A stretch of DNA of 64,000 nucleotides from a virus, in IMG/VR virus record IMGVR_UViG_3300017765_000001, positions 32,001 to 96,000 of that record. One strand, given 5' to 3'. A program made the position numbers and the translations under genes. Of this stretch, positions 28,757-39,570 are shown one piece after another; the first letter of the stretch is position 1; the number at the start of each line of letters is the position of its first letter. Under the pieces are notes generated by a model. The model had not been told where the DNA came from and made no database searches. It saw only the letters and a list, made by a program, of their open reading frames with translations.

Positions 28757-28975
28757 TCATTCTTTATCATCCTTGTAAAGGTCTTCTAACCTCTCTCTTG
28801 AGAGGTCCACATACATTACCTCATCACCTGGAGCAGGTGCCTCTGGATGCCTTGGTTTGGGAGGTTCATCCATCATTTTATTGATAGATTGAATGTTCCC
28901 CCACATCATTGCAAAAGCAGCTCCACCAATGGCAGCAAAGCATACAAAATAGAAAAAGACTTCAAAGTTATTCAT
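28757..28975 (-). CDS. DUF2973-like membrane protein
   Basis: N-terminal TM segment followed by RHPE motif. Confidence 0.55.
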   Translation of the reverse strand: MNNFEVFFYFVCFAAIGGAAFAMMWGNIQSINKMMDEPPKPRHPEAPAPGDEVMYVDLSRERLEDLYKDDKE

Positions 28976-29217
28976 GCTTCCTGTAGAGATTGAACTGTGT
29001 TATGAAGTTCTCCAATATCACGAAGACCTTCAACGCTAAACCAAGGAGCATTTGCCCAACTGAATCCTTCACCCATTGTGCTATCAGGTGCTGTGATATA
29101 CCAATGACATGCTGTGTCTGGTACATCAACAGCACACTTAGACCAATCATCACTCCACTGTGGGACTTGTACCCACATTAGAGCAGCAAACATTAAAGTG
29201 AATAGAGATTTAATCAT
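28972..29217 (-). CDS. Small cyanobacterial-type hypothetical protein
   Basis: WVQVPQWSDDWSKCAVDVPD.ACHWY. Confidence 0.55.
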   Translation of the reverse strand: MIKSLFTLMFAALMWVQVPQWSDDWSKCAVDVPDTACHWYITAPDSTMGEGFSWANAPWFSVEGLRDIGELHNTVQSLQEA

Positions 29218-29608
29218 TTGTGAGTCTTAGTTTTATGAGATGATCTAGTGAGAAGTTACCCCCACCATTGAGAAAGACACATGCTGCACCTCCCCAGTAA
29301 AGAATTAAAAGTTCTAGCAAATATATGTTAAATCCAGATGTAACTAGAGCATGATAAATTGCGAATGATATTGTACCTAGGATTGCTAGGGCACCCAGAC
29401 GAGTGCCAAGTCCAAAGATAACCAACCAACTCCCCACAATCTCAGAGAATGCTGCGAAGTATGAGGATAAGATTGGGAATGGAAGATGCAATGGTCTTAC
29501 AAATGCATCCGCAAAGTTTTCAATGTTCTCTAGTTTCTCATATCCATGATGGATGAGCATGGTGCCTAATGCTATACGAAGTAATAAGAATCCTAAAGAC
29601 TGAATCAC
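29210..29608 (-). CDS. DoxX-family membrane protein
   Basis: [18 protein letters not shown]...AAFSEIVG...GLGTRLGA...GGGNFSLD. Confidence 0.85.
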   Translation of the reverse strand: MIQSLGFLLLRIALGTMLIHHGYEKLENIENFADAFVRPLHLPFPILSSYFAAFSEIVGSWLVIFGLGTRLGALAILGTISFAIYHALVTSGFNIYLLELLILYWGGAACVFLNGGGNFSLDHLIKLRLTND

Positions 29609-30660
29609 AATGCATTACCTCTGGGAAGCACTTCCTCTGGAAACACGAAGTTCTCATGAGGTTGATCCACTGGTGCCATCCAAGCACGTAGACCTTCATT
29701 CAGAAGGATGTTCTTTGTGTAGAAGGTTTCAAATTCTGGATCCTCTGCTGCTCTGATTTCTTGGGAAACGAAATCATAAGCCCTAAGGTTGAGAGCAAGA
29801 CCAATAATACCGATGGAACTTGTCCACAAACCCATAACAGGAACAAACAGCATAAAGAAATGCAACCACCTCTTATTACTAAACGCAATACCAAAGATCT
29901 GAGACCAGAAACGGTTTGCTGTAACCATTGAATAAGTTTCTTCTTCTTGAGTGCTGTCAAATGCTTTGAAAGTATTTGCCTGATCACCATCTTCATACAG
30001 AGTGTTCTCAACTGTTACACCATGGATAGCACTCAGTAGTGCTCCACCAAGTATACCAGCAACTCCCATCATATGGAAGGGATTGAGCGTCCAATTATGA
30101 AAGCCCTGGAGGAAGAGAAGGAAGCGGAATATCGCCGCGCCACCGAAACTCGGCGCAAAGAACCAACTAGACTGTCCGAGTGGATAGATGAGGAAAACAG
30201 AGACAAAAACAGCAATAGGCCCAGAGAACGCAATAGCATTGTAAGGACGGATTCCTATGAGACGACTAAGTTCAAACTGCCTAAGCATGAAACCAATGAG
30301 GGCAAATGCACCGTGGAGAGCAACAAAGGCCCAAAACCCTCCAAGTTGGCACCACCTGACAAAGTCTCCTTGAGCTTCAGGACCCCAAAGTAGAAGAAGA
30401 GAATGACCCATAGCATCAGCAGGCGTTGACACAGCCGCTGTAAGAAAATTAGCACCCTCAAGGTAACTGCTTGCGAGTCCGTGGGTGTACCAGCTCGTAA
30501 CAAAGGTAGTGCCAGTAAGCCAGCCCCCAATTGCAAGATAAGCAGTGGGAAAAAGAAGTAGTCCAGACCAACCCACAAAGACAAAGCGATCCCGTTTAAG
30601 CCAGTCATCAAGGATATCAAACCATCCCCTCCTTGTTTGTTGAATTGTTGATGCAACCAT
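29605..30660 (-). CDS. psbD: Photosystem II D2 protein
   Basis: [16 protein letters not shown]...[11 protein letters not shown]; uninterrupted. Confidence 0.99.
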   Translation of the reverse strand: MVASTIQQTRRGWFDILDDWLKRDRFVFVGWSGLLLFPTAYLAIGGWLTGTTFVTSWYTHGLASSYLEGANFLTAAVSTPADAMGHSLLLLWGPEAQGDFVRWCQLGGFWAFVALHGAFALIGFMLRQFELSRLIGIRPYNAIAFSGPIAVFVSVFLIYPLGQSSWFFAPSFGGAAIFRFLLFLQGFHNWTLNPFHMMGVAGILGGALLSAIHGVTVENTLYEDGDQANTFKAFDSTQEEETYSMVTANRFWSQIFGIAFSNKRWLHFFMLFVPVMGLWTSSIGIIGLALNLRAYDFVSQEIRAAEDPEFETFYTKNILLNEGLRAWMAPVDQPHENFVFPEEVLPRGNAL

Positions 30661-30680
30661 TTTTATTTACCATTTAAGAC

Positions 30681-30707
30681 TAAAAAAAGGGGTGCTGTTA
30701 ACACCCC
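30681..30707 (-). terminator. Intrinsic terminator after psbA
   Basis: GGGGTGTTAACAGCACCCC followed by a T run. Confidence 0.7.
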
Positions 30708-30729
30708 ATTGTTGTGATTTTATGACAGA

Positions 30730-31806
30730 TCAACCAATGGCTGGTGCCTGAAGTGCCACAGGAGTGGACTCAGAAGCAGCAAGGTCCAGAGGGAAGTTAT
30801 GAGCATTGCGCTCATGCATGACTTCCATTCCAAGACCAGCACGGTTGAGGACATCTGCCCAAGTGTTGATCACTTTACCTTGAGACTCCACAATGGACTG
30901 GTTGAAGTTGAAACCATTGAGGTTGAATGCCATGGTGCTAACACCAAGAGCAGTGAACCAGATACCAACAACAGGCCATGCAGCTAAGAAGAAGTGCAGG
31001 GAACGGGAATTGTTGAAGGATGCATACTGGAAGATGAGTCTTCCAAAGTATCCGTGTGCAGCAACAATGTTGTAGGTCTCTTCCTCTTGTCCAAACTTGT
31101 AACCATAGTTCTGGGACTCAGTTTCTGTGGTTTCACGAACCAGCGAAGAAGTAACAAGACTTCCATGCATAGCAGAGAACAGAGATCCACCGAATACCCC
31201 AGCAACACCGAGCATGTGGAACGGATGCATAAGGATATTGTGTTCTGCTTGGAATACAAGCATATAGTTAAAAGTACCAGAGATACCAAGAGGCATACCA
31301 TCGGAGAAACTACCTTGACCGAAAGGATAAACAAGGAATACTGCAGATGCTGCTGCTACAGGAGCAGAGTAAGCAACACAGATCCAGGGACGCATACCCA
31401 GTCTGTAAGACAGTTCCCACTCACGACCCATATAGGCAAAGACGCCAATGAGGAAGTGGAATACAACTAACTGGTAAGGACCACCATTGTACAACCACTC
31501 ATCCAGAGAGGCTGCTTCCCAGATGGGATAGAAGTGAAGTCCAATAGCATTTGAGGAAGGAACAACAGCACCAGAGATGATGTTGTTACCATACATTAGA
31601 GAACCAGCAACTGGTTCACGGATGCCATCAATGTCTACAGGAGGTGCAGCAACGAAGGCAACAATGAAGCAGATTGTGGCAGCAAGCAGGGTAGGAATCA
31701 TGAGGACTCCAAACCAACCAACATACAAACGATTATTGGTTGATGTGACCCACTCACAGAAATTATCCCAGACTGACGGGGATTGTTGACGTGTAAGAGT
31801 TGACAT
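30730..31806 (-). CDS. psbA: Photosystem II D1 protein (Glu130 high-light type)
   Basis: [17 protein letters not shown]...GREWELSYR...[13 protein letters not shown]; no intron. Confidence 0.99.
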   Translation of the reverse strand: MSTLTRQQSPSVWDNFCEWVTSTNNRLYVGWFGVLMIPTLLAATICFIVAFVAAPPVDIDGIREPVAGSLMYGNNIISGAVVPSSNAIGLHFYPIWEAASLDEWLYNGGPYQLVVFHFLIGVFAYMGREWELSYRLGMRPWICVAYSAPVAAASAVFLVYPFGQGSFSDGMPLGISGTFNYMLVFQAEHNILMHPFHMLGVAGVFGGSLFSAMHGSLVTSSLVRETTETESQNYGYKFGQEEETYNIVAAHGYFGRLIFQYASFNNSRSLHFFLAAWPVVGIWFTALGVSTMAFNLNGFNFNQSIVESQGKVINTWADVLNRAGLGMEVMHERNAHNFPLDLAASESTPVALQAPAIG

Positions 31807-31827
31807 TTGAAAAAGGGTTAAGTAAAA

Positions 31828-31915
31828 GTGCGGGGAACACTAGGAAAAATATTCCAACTCTACCCTCCAGAGTTGGTATGAGAGACGTTTTTTACTTCCC
31901 TAGAGGTCTCGGTTT
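31828..31915 (-). ncRNA. PhotoRC-II-like structured psbA leader
   Basis: GAGAC/GUCUC stem; CUAGGGAA/UUCCUAG pseudoknot pairing; CCAACUCU-GGAGGGU-AGAGUUGG hairpin. Confidence 0.7.
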
Positions 31916-31959
31916 AAGGGGAAGAGTAAAAAGGTGAGGAAACCCCCACCACTTCCACT

Positions 31960-31993
31960 TATTTATATTAAGTTAGTTTAAGTGTTTTGTCAA
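31960..31993 (-). promoter_or_regulatory. Overlapping early (TTGACA-17-TAATAT) and late (TATAAATA) promoters for psbA
   Basis: Both consensus elements read directly from the sequence. Confidence 0.7.
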
Positions 31994-32017
31994 GCACTTT
32001 GGACACTTTGAAAATTG

Positions 32018-32762
32018 TCACTGTGAATACTCATTCAATACATCAAGCACATCATTCAAAGATTGATCTGCGCCATCCAACCATTGACCTGGTTTGTTGG
32101 CATGTTTTTCATTCAGATCATTCTTTAATTTGTATACTCTTGCCAAGATATCAACCTTGGTCACTCTTCCTCTTGGCATGTTTCAACTCCGTTTCAAAGG
32201 ATCCGTCAATATATCCCCTACGATACTCCCAGGTTGTTCCTCCGTCAACTCCCCTCTTTGGGTTTATACACTTAGTATAATCTGGATCCTCTTTAGAAAT
32301 ACTATTGCAAACTAGTCCTGCTAGATCTAGTTCATTACCTTTTGCTCCTGTTCCTGTCCATCTATGTTCTCCATTTAACCAAGTAGCTCCACATTTTTCA
32401 CATACCTCTTGCTTGAGGGAAAAATTGAGTTCTTCAGACATTAATTACATTCCTGGGATAGAGGGCATGGTGACACCACCAGTCATTGGAGGAAGTGATG
32501 CACCACCAGACACACCACCTGTCATTGATGGAATTTCTGGCATCTCTGGCATCATACCTCCAACTAAGTCAGGAAGCATAGTAGAAACTTGTTCTAATAC
32601 TTTTGACTTGACTCCTTCAATGATAGCACCACGACTAGTGTACACATAAATTCCACCAGCAACAGCAACGCTTGTTACACCAAATGAGAAAATTGCCATA
32701 GCATTAATAATTTTCTGCATAACGCGTCCAATAAAATCGTATTTAGATAAATACAAAGGCAA
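32018..32762 (-). CDS. Three small hypothetical ORFs (32018-32179, 32151-32441 Cys-rich, 32445-32762 TM plus Pro/Met-rich tail)
   Basis: ORF track plus manual translation (MPRGRVTKVDILARVYKLK...). Confidence 0.55.
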
Positions 32763-32779
32763 ACAATTCTTTACATAGT

Positions 32780-33271
32780 ATGAGAAAGTTAGTACCTTTT
32801 CTCATGATTTTGATGGCAGCAGGACCAGCATCTGCTGATATTACTCATAAATTAAGTAGTTCTACACAATTGACTGTGGATGCTGCCGCCTCTCAGGCAA
32901 CACGCATTGGATCCACATATAGTGTAAGTGGTTCTAATATCACTGCTGGCACAATGGGTGGAATTACTGCTCCTGCATCTGTCACAACTGCCGCCACTCA
33001 AATTCAAGGAGCATATACAGTTACCACAGCAGGTTCTGCATTTTCCCTGAGTGAGTCTTTTACTTATGGTGATGCAATCCCCACAGGCACAACTGTTGGA
33101 ACAGGTGTTGTAGGAACTCTGCCAGCATTTGGTTCAGTTACAACCACCGCAGGCGGAGTGGCAGGCACTTTAGCTGGCACCATAACCTCAGCGGGGGTAA
33201 CAACCCTGACTGCAGGTGGGGCAGGAACATCTGCCACTGGCCAATTTGTCAGTGAGATCTCTGTAGACTAG
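32780..33271 (+). CDS. Secreted Thr/Gly/Ala-rich beta protein
   Basis: Signal peptide MRKLVPFLMILMAAGPASA; ATAAATA late-promoter-like element at 32747-32753. Confidence 0.7.
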   Translation: MRKLVPFLMILMAAGPASADITHKLSSSTQLTVDAAASQATRIGSTYSVSGSNITAGTMGGITAPASVTTAATQIQGAYTVTTAGSAFSLSESFTYGDAIPTGTTVGTGVVGTLPAFGSVTTTAGGVAGTLAGTITSAGVTTLTAGGAGTSATGQFVSEISVD

Positions 33272-33291
33272 ATATATAATGGAGAGTCTCT

Positions 33292-33762
33292 ATGTCTAAA
33301 CTGCAAGAGGCAATCAGTCTTGGTCTGGTACTTGGTATCCTACATGGACTGTCTCAATCTTCAAGGGCAGTCCCTGTGGTCCCAAATTTCAGCCAGGGAT
33401 CAATGACGAGCCACACAGAGACAACATCTAAGGTAACTGAAACAATTAATTCCATTGATTATAACACAGGATGGCAATACTCAGTGACAGGAACAAATGT
33501 TGGAAATGGAAGCAACGCACTAAACCCAAGCAGTGTGGAGAGTTCAGTGAATCTGAATCCGCTGGGAGGTATAGAGGGGCAAATTTCAAGCACTCAATCC
33601 TCAGCAAACTTAGGAACTGCACAATTCACAATAACAAACCCTGGGGAGGCATTTCAGTTCACCCAAACTTATCAGGGTCCAGGAATTTCAAATCAGACTA
33701 TAATTCAAAGGGTAACAGAAGTTACAAGCGTAACAGATACTACAAGTATATTCTCCCAGTAA
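33292..33762 (+). CDS. Secreted beta protein, apparent paralog of the preceding gene
   Basis: Hydrophobic N-terminus; shares YSVxGxN...xxTxxGxAFxxxxx pattern with 32780-33271. Confidence 0.7.
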   Translation: MSKLQEAISLGLVLGILHGLSQSSRAVPVVPNFSQGSMTSHTETTSKVTETINSIDYNTGWQYSVTGTNVGNGSNALNPSSVESSVNLNPLGGIEGQISSTQSSANLGTAQFTITNPGEAFQFTQTYQGPGISNQTIIQRVTEVTSVTDTTSIFSQ

Positions 33763-34742
33763 TTGGTTGCTTATCATTTTCGTCCAATGCTTTTGCAGAT
33801 GTGGGTGGTGTCTCAGCAACAGCAAACCCAATCGCAAATAGTAGCGGGTCAGTAACCAACCAAGCTATTCAGGTTTTACAAGGTCCATATGTAACTAATT
33901 CATATGGTAATGGGATATCTTGTCAAGGTCCCACAATGAATTTCACTCCATACGTAACTCACTCAAAAAGTTATCAGTTACCTTTTGAGAGATATCATAA
34001 TGAACCTCAGTATAATGCCACAGATTTTAAAGGAAGGAAAGTAGAGATACAACAACAAGTTAAAAACTATCCATGGGAAGAGTGGTATGACAATCGTACC
34101 TACATCTCAGATGGTAGTGATGGTAATGAAGTTGGAAGTGAACAGAGATGGTTTCCAGATGGATCTGATATGACAATTGTAATTGAACAAATACAACCAG
34201 ATGGAATACCTGATAAGCCAGGCCAGATCTTGTGGGAAAAACCAGTAAGGACTGGTCAGCAAGATAACTACAACACTAATATTGGATTCTCTGCCACTCT
34301 CTCATTCCCTCTTGATGGAGGACTTCAGGAAAGATGTAAGGCTGCAGCAGATACACATACTGCATTGATGAAGCAAAATCTTGCCAACAAGAGATTAGAT
34401 TTTGAGATTGCTCGTCTCAAGAATTGTGGTGAATTGATGAAATCTGGAATCAGTTTTCACCCCAAGAGTAGATACTATGCCATCTGTGCAGATGTGGTTG
34501 TGCAAAATGTCAACACTATACCACAACACAGACACTCTATCCCTTCTTCTTCTTTGCAATCTTCAAGGGTTGCAAACCCCTCTTCTCGCGATACTTATTC
34601 GCAGCAATCTCAGATGCAGACAACTTTGGGGGCTTCTTCCCCAATAAGGTCTGTACCTTCGTCAATGCTTTCTTCACAACAGGTTTCACCACTCTTAACA
34701 AAAGATCAGCAAGAGGTTTTGCAAATATTGCCGAAGAGGTAG
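33471..34742 (+). CDS. Secreted/outer-membrane-like protein (true start uncertain)
   Basis: Internal signal-peptide-like ILPVIGCLSFSSNAFA|DVGG; amphipathic strand NIGFSATLSFPL; four Cys in the predicted mature part. Confidence 0.6.
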   Translation: MAILSDRNKCWKWKQRTKPKQCGEFSESESAGRYRGANFKHSILSKLRNCTIHNNKPWGGISVHPNLSGSRNFKSDYNSKGNRSYKRNRYYKYILPVIGCLSFSSNAFADVGGVSATANPIANSSGSVTNQAIQVLQGPYVTNSYGNGISCQGPTMNFTPYVTHSKSYQLPFERYHNEPQYNATDFKGRKVEIQQQVKNYPWEEWYDNRTYISDGSDGNEVGSEQRWFPDGSDMTIVIEQIQPDGIPDKPGQILWEKPVRTGQQDNYNTNIGFSATLSFPLDGGLQERCKAAADTHTALMKQNLANKRLDFEIARLKNCGELMKSGISFHPKSRYYAICADVVVQNVNTIPQHRHSIPSSSLQSSRVANPSSRDTYSQQSQMQTTLGASSPIRSVPSSMLSSQQVSPLLTKDQQEVLQILPKR

Positions 34743-35349
34743 CAACCACAGCAATTGATGCTGTGGCAGTCACTGCACCTGCTGTAGGAAGATTACCCAC
34801 AATCTGTGCCACAACCTCAATCTTCTCTGTAACCTGAATACATTCATTCCCTACAAGTCTATAGTCAGTTACTTTTTGATCACCCTTTACAAAACCAATA
34901 GGTTCTTTTAATTCCTGTGCCTCAGTGGGGCATGGGATTTCTTCTATGGGTGTCTGAGGAACTTCTGGTGTCTGTGGGGTAGATGGCTCTGGTGCCTCTG
35001 GAGATTCAGGTGATTTTACTGGTGGAACTTCTCTTGATTTTTTCTCAGTGATCATCTGCAATCTAGATGCATCATATTGTATGGGATTAAAGGTTGGTAT
35101 TCCTGAGTCACAATATGTGACAATCCCATCTTCATCCTCTTGAGTTAGTTGTACATTCTCGTTACTATCTCTATGAGATTGAACACAGCCAGGCATATCA
35201 ATAATTGGTATACCTATTTGAGAGGTTATTGGTGGATAAATTGGCAGGGCAAGAGGGGGTGACTGAGACCAATTATGGATTGGAAGATTATAAATTGAAA
35301 GTTCTTGAATATTTAATTCAGGTATCTCCATCCAATTCCTCACAATCAT
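34537..35349 (-). CDS. Membrane-anchored Pro-rich protein
   Basis: Two Cys pairs; Pro/Glu linker; C-terminal hydrophobic segment and basic tail. Confidence 0.6.
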   Translation of the reverse strand: MIVRNWMEIPELNIQELSIYNLPIHNWSQSPPLALPIYPPITSQIGIPIIDMPGCVQSHRDSNENVQLTQEDEDGIVTYCDSGIPTFNPIQYDASRLQMITEKKSREVPPVKSPESPEAPEPSTPQTPEVPQTPIEEIPCPTEAQELKEPIGFVKGDQKVTDYRLVGNECIQVTEKIEVVAQIVGNLPTAGAVTATASIAVVATSSAIFAKPLADLLLRVVKPVVKKALTKVQTLLGKKPPKLSASEIAANKYREKRGLQPLKIAKKKKG

Positions 35350-35878
35350 TAATAGAGGTTGCTAATTCTCCACCTACTTGTGCTCCTTGATCAGCACCAA
35401 AGAGAGCAACAAAACCAGCAAGCACTGGACCAACAAAGGGTATACCTGTCACAAATCCCGAGGCACTAGCACCAATGCTAGCTCCCACAATCCTTCCTGT
35501 TTGTTCTCCACCACCTTCCGCCTTGATGCACTCTAACGCTTTTGCACTCAACTTTTTTCCACCACCTGCTGGAGGTGATCCTTCCATGGTATATTCAGTC
35601 TCAACATCCACAATAGATTTACCACCTACTCCAAAAAATCCATTCTTTTTGTCAATATATTTCTTTGTGCTCATCACCTTTGGGTCATTAGCACTATACT
35701 CTATACTGTAACCCTCCTGACCTGCCTCAACTTTATATGAGGTGTAATCACCAACAGGTAGATTGATATCAGGTAATTCTGTATTGGTTCTGGTAGCAAT
35801 GATTCCTATCATTCCAATGTGACCTATGCCTAAAATTGCTCCCAATCCAAGAGCAAACCATTTGAATGTGTTTGACAT
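35318..35878 (-). CDS. Membrane protein with glycine zipper
   Basis: N-terminal TM; GxxxG repeats; TATAAATA late promoter at 35901-35908. Confidence 0.6.
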   Translation of the reverse strand: MSNTFKWFALGLGAILGIGHIGMIGIIATRTNTELPDINLPVGDYTSYKVEAGQEGYSIEYSANDPKVMSTKKYIDKKNGFFGVGGKSIVDVETEYTMEGSPPAGGGKKLSAKALECIKAEGGGEQTGRIVGASIGASASGFVTGIPFVGPVLAGFVALFGADQGAQVGGELATSINDCEELDGDT

Positions 35879-35910
35879 GAGATTGCCTGCGGTGGCAACT
35901 TATTTATAAA

Positions 35911-36372
35911 TTAGTCAATAAGAGTGCCGTGTGCTCTCCTAATTTCTCTTAATTCCTCAAAGTTTTTCTGCTTTGTGCCACCATCATATGGCCATGCATA
36001 TCCTTGTTCAATCATTTGTTCATTCAGTGATGTCTCTGCATCTCCAATATATAACCAACCAAGAAGACGACCATACTTACCCATACCACCAACAAGTTCA
36101 GTTCTAATGATGAGATCTTCATCTCCATCTATAGCACCTTCTAGTCTCGCTTTCATCCAGTTGGTGGCATCTATTCCAAGTGCCTTTTCTTCAAGGTCTC
36201 TTGTTCTTTTCTCTGGTGTGTCTACACCAGCAATTCTTACTCTTTCTTTTTTAAAAAGATCAAATCCAAGATCAATAGTCACATCAATGGTATCACCATC
36301 AACAACTCTATTAATCTCTACAACTCTAAAATTGTAGCATGACTTTCTACTAGGGGGAAACATTGCACCCAT
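35911..36372 (-). CDS. Thermonuclease (SNase-like)
   Basis: RVVDGDTIDV...RVRIAGVDTPE...GKYGRLLG...LNEQMIEQGYA. Confidence 0.9.
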   Translation of the reverse strand: MGAMFPPSRKSCYNFRVVEINRVVDGDTIDVTIDLGFDLFKKERVRIAGVDTPEKRTRDLEEKALGIDATNWMKARLEGAIDGDEDLIIRTELVGGMGKYGRLLGWLYIGDAETSLNEQMIEQGYAWPYDGGTKQKNFEELREIRRAHGTLID

Positions 36373-36819
36373 TATTCTTGCTCCTCTGATGAAGGTTTAA
36401 TACTGACTTCCTCAACAACATAACTAGAAATTAATTCAGTGGCACATGGAGATCCTGTCAAACTATCTTCAGTGAATGCATCTGCATCCTGTGGTATTGC
36501 TACTATGATTCCCACAAGTGTCACTGCAGCAGTGATTACAGCTCCAGCTCTCCATACCCAACGCTCTAAATTACGAACTCTGTCACGAAGTTCTTCTGCC
36601 ATCTTTTCAGCATCCTCAATCCTATGTGTCAACAATGCTATCAGTTGATCCTGATCCGCATCCTTCTGATTGATTGTGGTCATGGTTCAATTCATCAAAA
36701 GCCATACGCATTATATAGACAATATAGTATGTGACTCCAGCCAAAAATATGATCAATCCAATAATAACACTCCATGTTGGGTCATCATAATTATCATGGA
36801 GTTTAATAATATTCAACAT
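36372..36819 (-). CDS. Two small membrane hypothetical proteins (36372-36683, 36622-36819)
   Basis: ORFs with single TM segments. Confidence 0.5.
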
Positions 36820-37112
36820 CAGTAAAGCTCTTCTTCTGCCTCTGCTTTAATTACACAATCAGATTCAGGATATGAAACACAAAGAAGTGCAAAACCTGCC
36901 TCAATCTGATCATCATCAAGGAAGGATTGATCACTCTGGTCTAATGTTCCTGATACAATTTTTCCTGCACATGTTGAACATGCACCTGCTTTGCAAGAGT
37001 AAGGCATCAACACACCTGCCTCTTCTGCAGCATCCAAAATGTATTGATCTGTATCACACTCAAATGTATTCTTCTCACCATCTGAGGTTTCAACTGTGAT
37101 TGTATAAGACAT
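36819..37112 (-). CDS. petF: Plant-type [2Fe-2S] ferredoxin
   Basis: [25 protein letters not shown]...LLCVSYP; start at MSYTI. Confidence 0.95.
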   Translation of the reverse strand: MSYTITVETSDGEKNTFECDTDQYILDAAEEAGVLMPYSCKAGACSTCAGKIVSGTLDQSDQSFLDDDQIEAGFALLCVSYPESDCVIKAEAEEELY

Positions 37113-37139
37113 GTTAAAAAAGTAATGCAAATTATATAG

Positions 37140-38224
37140 TTAGTTATTTCTGGGGTCAAGTCCAAGATCTTTAAGATATTCAACCCACCATTCAGGATCC
37201 TTAGTGGTTCTCCAATCAGGAATAGGAATTCCTCTCTCAACAGTGTAATACTGATAGAAAGATTCATTTAAAGTCTGTGCGATCTCCATATTCTTCCTCC
37301 TTTTCGTCAACGTCTGCATATGGATCGACCACATATGGTCCTCGCTTTCTAAATGGTTCTTTTTGAACATATGATTGTTCCAAATTAACTGCAGAAATCC
37401 AAACAGCAAGTTTCATGATAATGAATATTATGGCAAGAGGTGAGAGACATGCTAATAAAATAAGTGGATTCATATGTTCTCTCCAATGAAATTATCGTTG
37501 TCAGATTCTTCTTCATCATCCCAGTCTGGTTCATAAAGAGGGCATGGTTCTTCAAACAAATGTTCCATTCTAAGTTGTTTAATTCTTTCCTTGAGAGACT
37601 TATAAAATTCTCTCTTTTCGTCATCTTTCATTTATGACTTTTGGTGAATGGTTCCCAATGTTGCCAACCATAATTATGTATAGCCCAAATTCCTATAATG
37701 GGAACAAACACAAGGCAAAATCCCATGACTCCTAAACACCATGGGGTTTGCATAACAGATCTAACCAGGAGCTGAATGTGATTCATTTTGGAAATGCTCG
37801 GGGAAAGGACAACCTTTAAACTCATTTAGTTCATTCTGAAATAAAACAAACATAGTAACAAATCCTAGGCAAAAAGCAAATAGCATCTGAGGGAAGTTAT
37901 AGTTTCCCATATAAGCAGTAGGATCAGGCTCATCATCATGAGGATGAATCATCTTTGCTATATCTTCTGAGGACTTTTTCAATTTGTCGTCTTGTTCTGT
38001 CCCTTGCTTCTGGATTTTCTGTTTCTTTTCTGGTGTATCCATGTTTCTGATGAAAAATGAAATGGCCTTGACATATCATAGTCAATACAAAAAAACTTGC
38101 TGTAACAATTCCAACCAATTTTAGAATTAAAGATACAGAATCATCCACGATATCTGCCAGGCCAAGTTAATTGCATTCCAGCAGTTAACAATCCAATAAA
38201 GACAAACACAAATAACAAGTTCAT
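37140..38224 (-). CDS. Run of about seven small, mostly membrane, hypothetical ORFs between zwf and petF
   Basis: Overlapping ORFs including 37264-37473, 37470-37631 (MKDDEKREFYKSLKERIKQLRM), 37628-37786 and 37936-38148. Confidence 0.5.
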
Positions 38225-39570
38225 GCTGGATAATCCCAATTGGTTATGATATTTGTTTTATGCACTGGACCCCATTGCCCCTCCTTGTAAATATAAGGTG
38301 CTGTTCTGATTGGACACTTATCACCTACACATAATAAATCATCAACAATTCTCCAAGATTCCAAAACCTCTTCAGAATGAACAAAATGGGATTGATCATT
38401 ATGGAGAGCATCAAATAAAAGTTTTTCATAACCATCAACACCCAACCAATCAGGATATCGATGAGTCAGAGTTGCAGTTTCAACATCATTCTTAAATCCA
38501 GGTGCCTTCATATCAATTCTGATATCAAAGTGTGGATGTGGTTGGAGACGCATTACGATACGATCATTATATTCATGTCCATCAAACAGTTGTTGAGGAG
38601 GTGCCTTAAGTTTAACCACAACTTCAACACATTGATATGGCATTTTCTTTCCACTCATGAAGTGAAAAGGAACTCCCTCCCAACGCCAGTTATCAATATA
38701 TAAGTCACCAGCAATATAGGTAGCAGTGTCACTGAAAGAATCAACACCGTCTTCAGATTTATAAGATTCATATTGACCAAAAATAACTTTGTGTCCTAGT
38801 CTAGTCGCTGCAAGAACTTTTGTCTTCTCTCTACGAATCTCAGTAGCATTCATTTTACATGGTGCTTCCATGGCAATCAGTGCAAGAACCTGAAGCATGT
38901 GATTCTGAAGCATGTCTCTGACAACACCAGATCCATCATAGTATTGTGAACGACCTTCACAACCAATTGTTTCAGTTGCAAAGATCTGAACCTCTTCTAT
39001 GTACTGGCGATTCCAAAGTGGTTCAAGTAATGTATTGCTAAAACGAGTGGCAAGGATATTATTAACAGTATCTTTACCAAGATAATGATCAATCCGATAT
39101 ACTTGTTTTTCGCGTAAATGTCTATCCACCACTGACTGTAAATTATCAGCAGATTTATAATCGTACCCAAAGGGTTTTTCAATAACCACACGCGATCTTT
39201 CTGGGTCATCTAAGAATCCTGCTGACTTAAGATGAGTAATTGCACTAGCATAAGTGTTTGGTGGTACAGATAAGAAATATGTGGTGTCAGCACTCTGATC
39301 ATGCAGTTTCATCAGACTTTCTTCACATTCCAAATCACAAGATACAAAATCCAACCAATGACAAAAATCTTGTGGATATTCACCCAAATGACGTAACCAT
39401 TCATCTCTAGAAATTTCTCTACGAGAAGAACCAACAATTAATAACCCTGGAGGAAGCAGATTTTTTTTCCACAACTCATAGAGTGCAGGAATCAGTTTTC
39501 TTTTACAAAGATCTCCAGCAGCACCAAAGATAACTATGTGTTTACTAATGTGCTGTTCCATTTCCATCAT
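38221..39570 (-). CDS. zwf: Glucose-6-phosphate dehydrogenase (start trimmed)
   Basis: IFGAAGDL; EKPFG; YRIDHYLGK; RDMLQNH; NWRWEGVPF. Confidence 0.97.
   Translation of the reverse strand: MMEMEQHISKHIVIFGAAGDLCKRKLIPALYELWKKNLLPPGLLIVGSSRREISRDEWLRHLGEYPQDFCHWLDFVSCDLECEESLMKLHDQSADTTYFLSVPPNTYASAITHLKSAGFLDDPERSRVVIEKPFGYDYKSADNLQSVVDRHLREKQVYRIDHYLGKDTVNNILATRFSNTLLEPLWNRQYIEEVQIFATETIGCEGRSQYYDGSGVVRDMLQNHMLQVLALIAMEAPCKMNATEIRREKTKVLAATRLGHKVIFGQYESYKSEDGVDSFSDTATYIAGDLYIDNWRWEGVPFHFMSGKKMPYQCVEVVVKLKAPPQQLFDGHEYNDRIVMRLQPHPHFDIRIDMKAPGFKNDVETATLTHRYPDWLGVDGYEKLLFDALHNDQSHFVHSEEVLESWRIVDDLLCVGDKCPIRTAPYIYKEGQWGPVHKTNIITNWDYPA

Noticed and set aside
29605-31806. Group I intron or homing endonuclease in psbA/psbD
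   Set aside because: Both ORFs are full-length and continuous, and the spacer is only ~70 nt.
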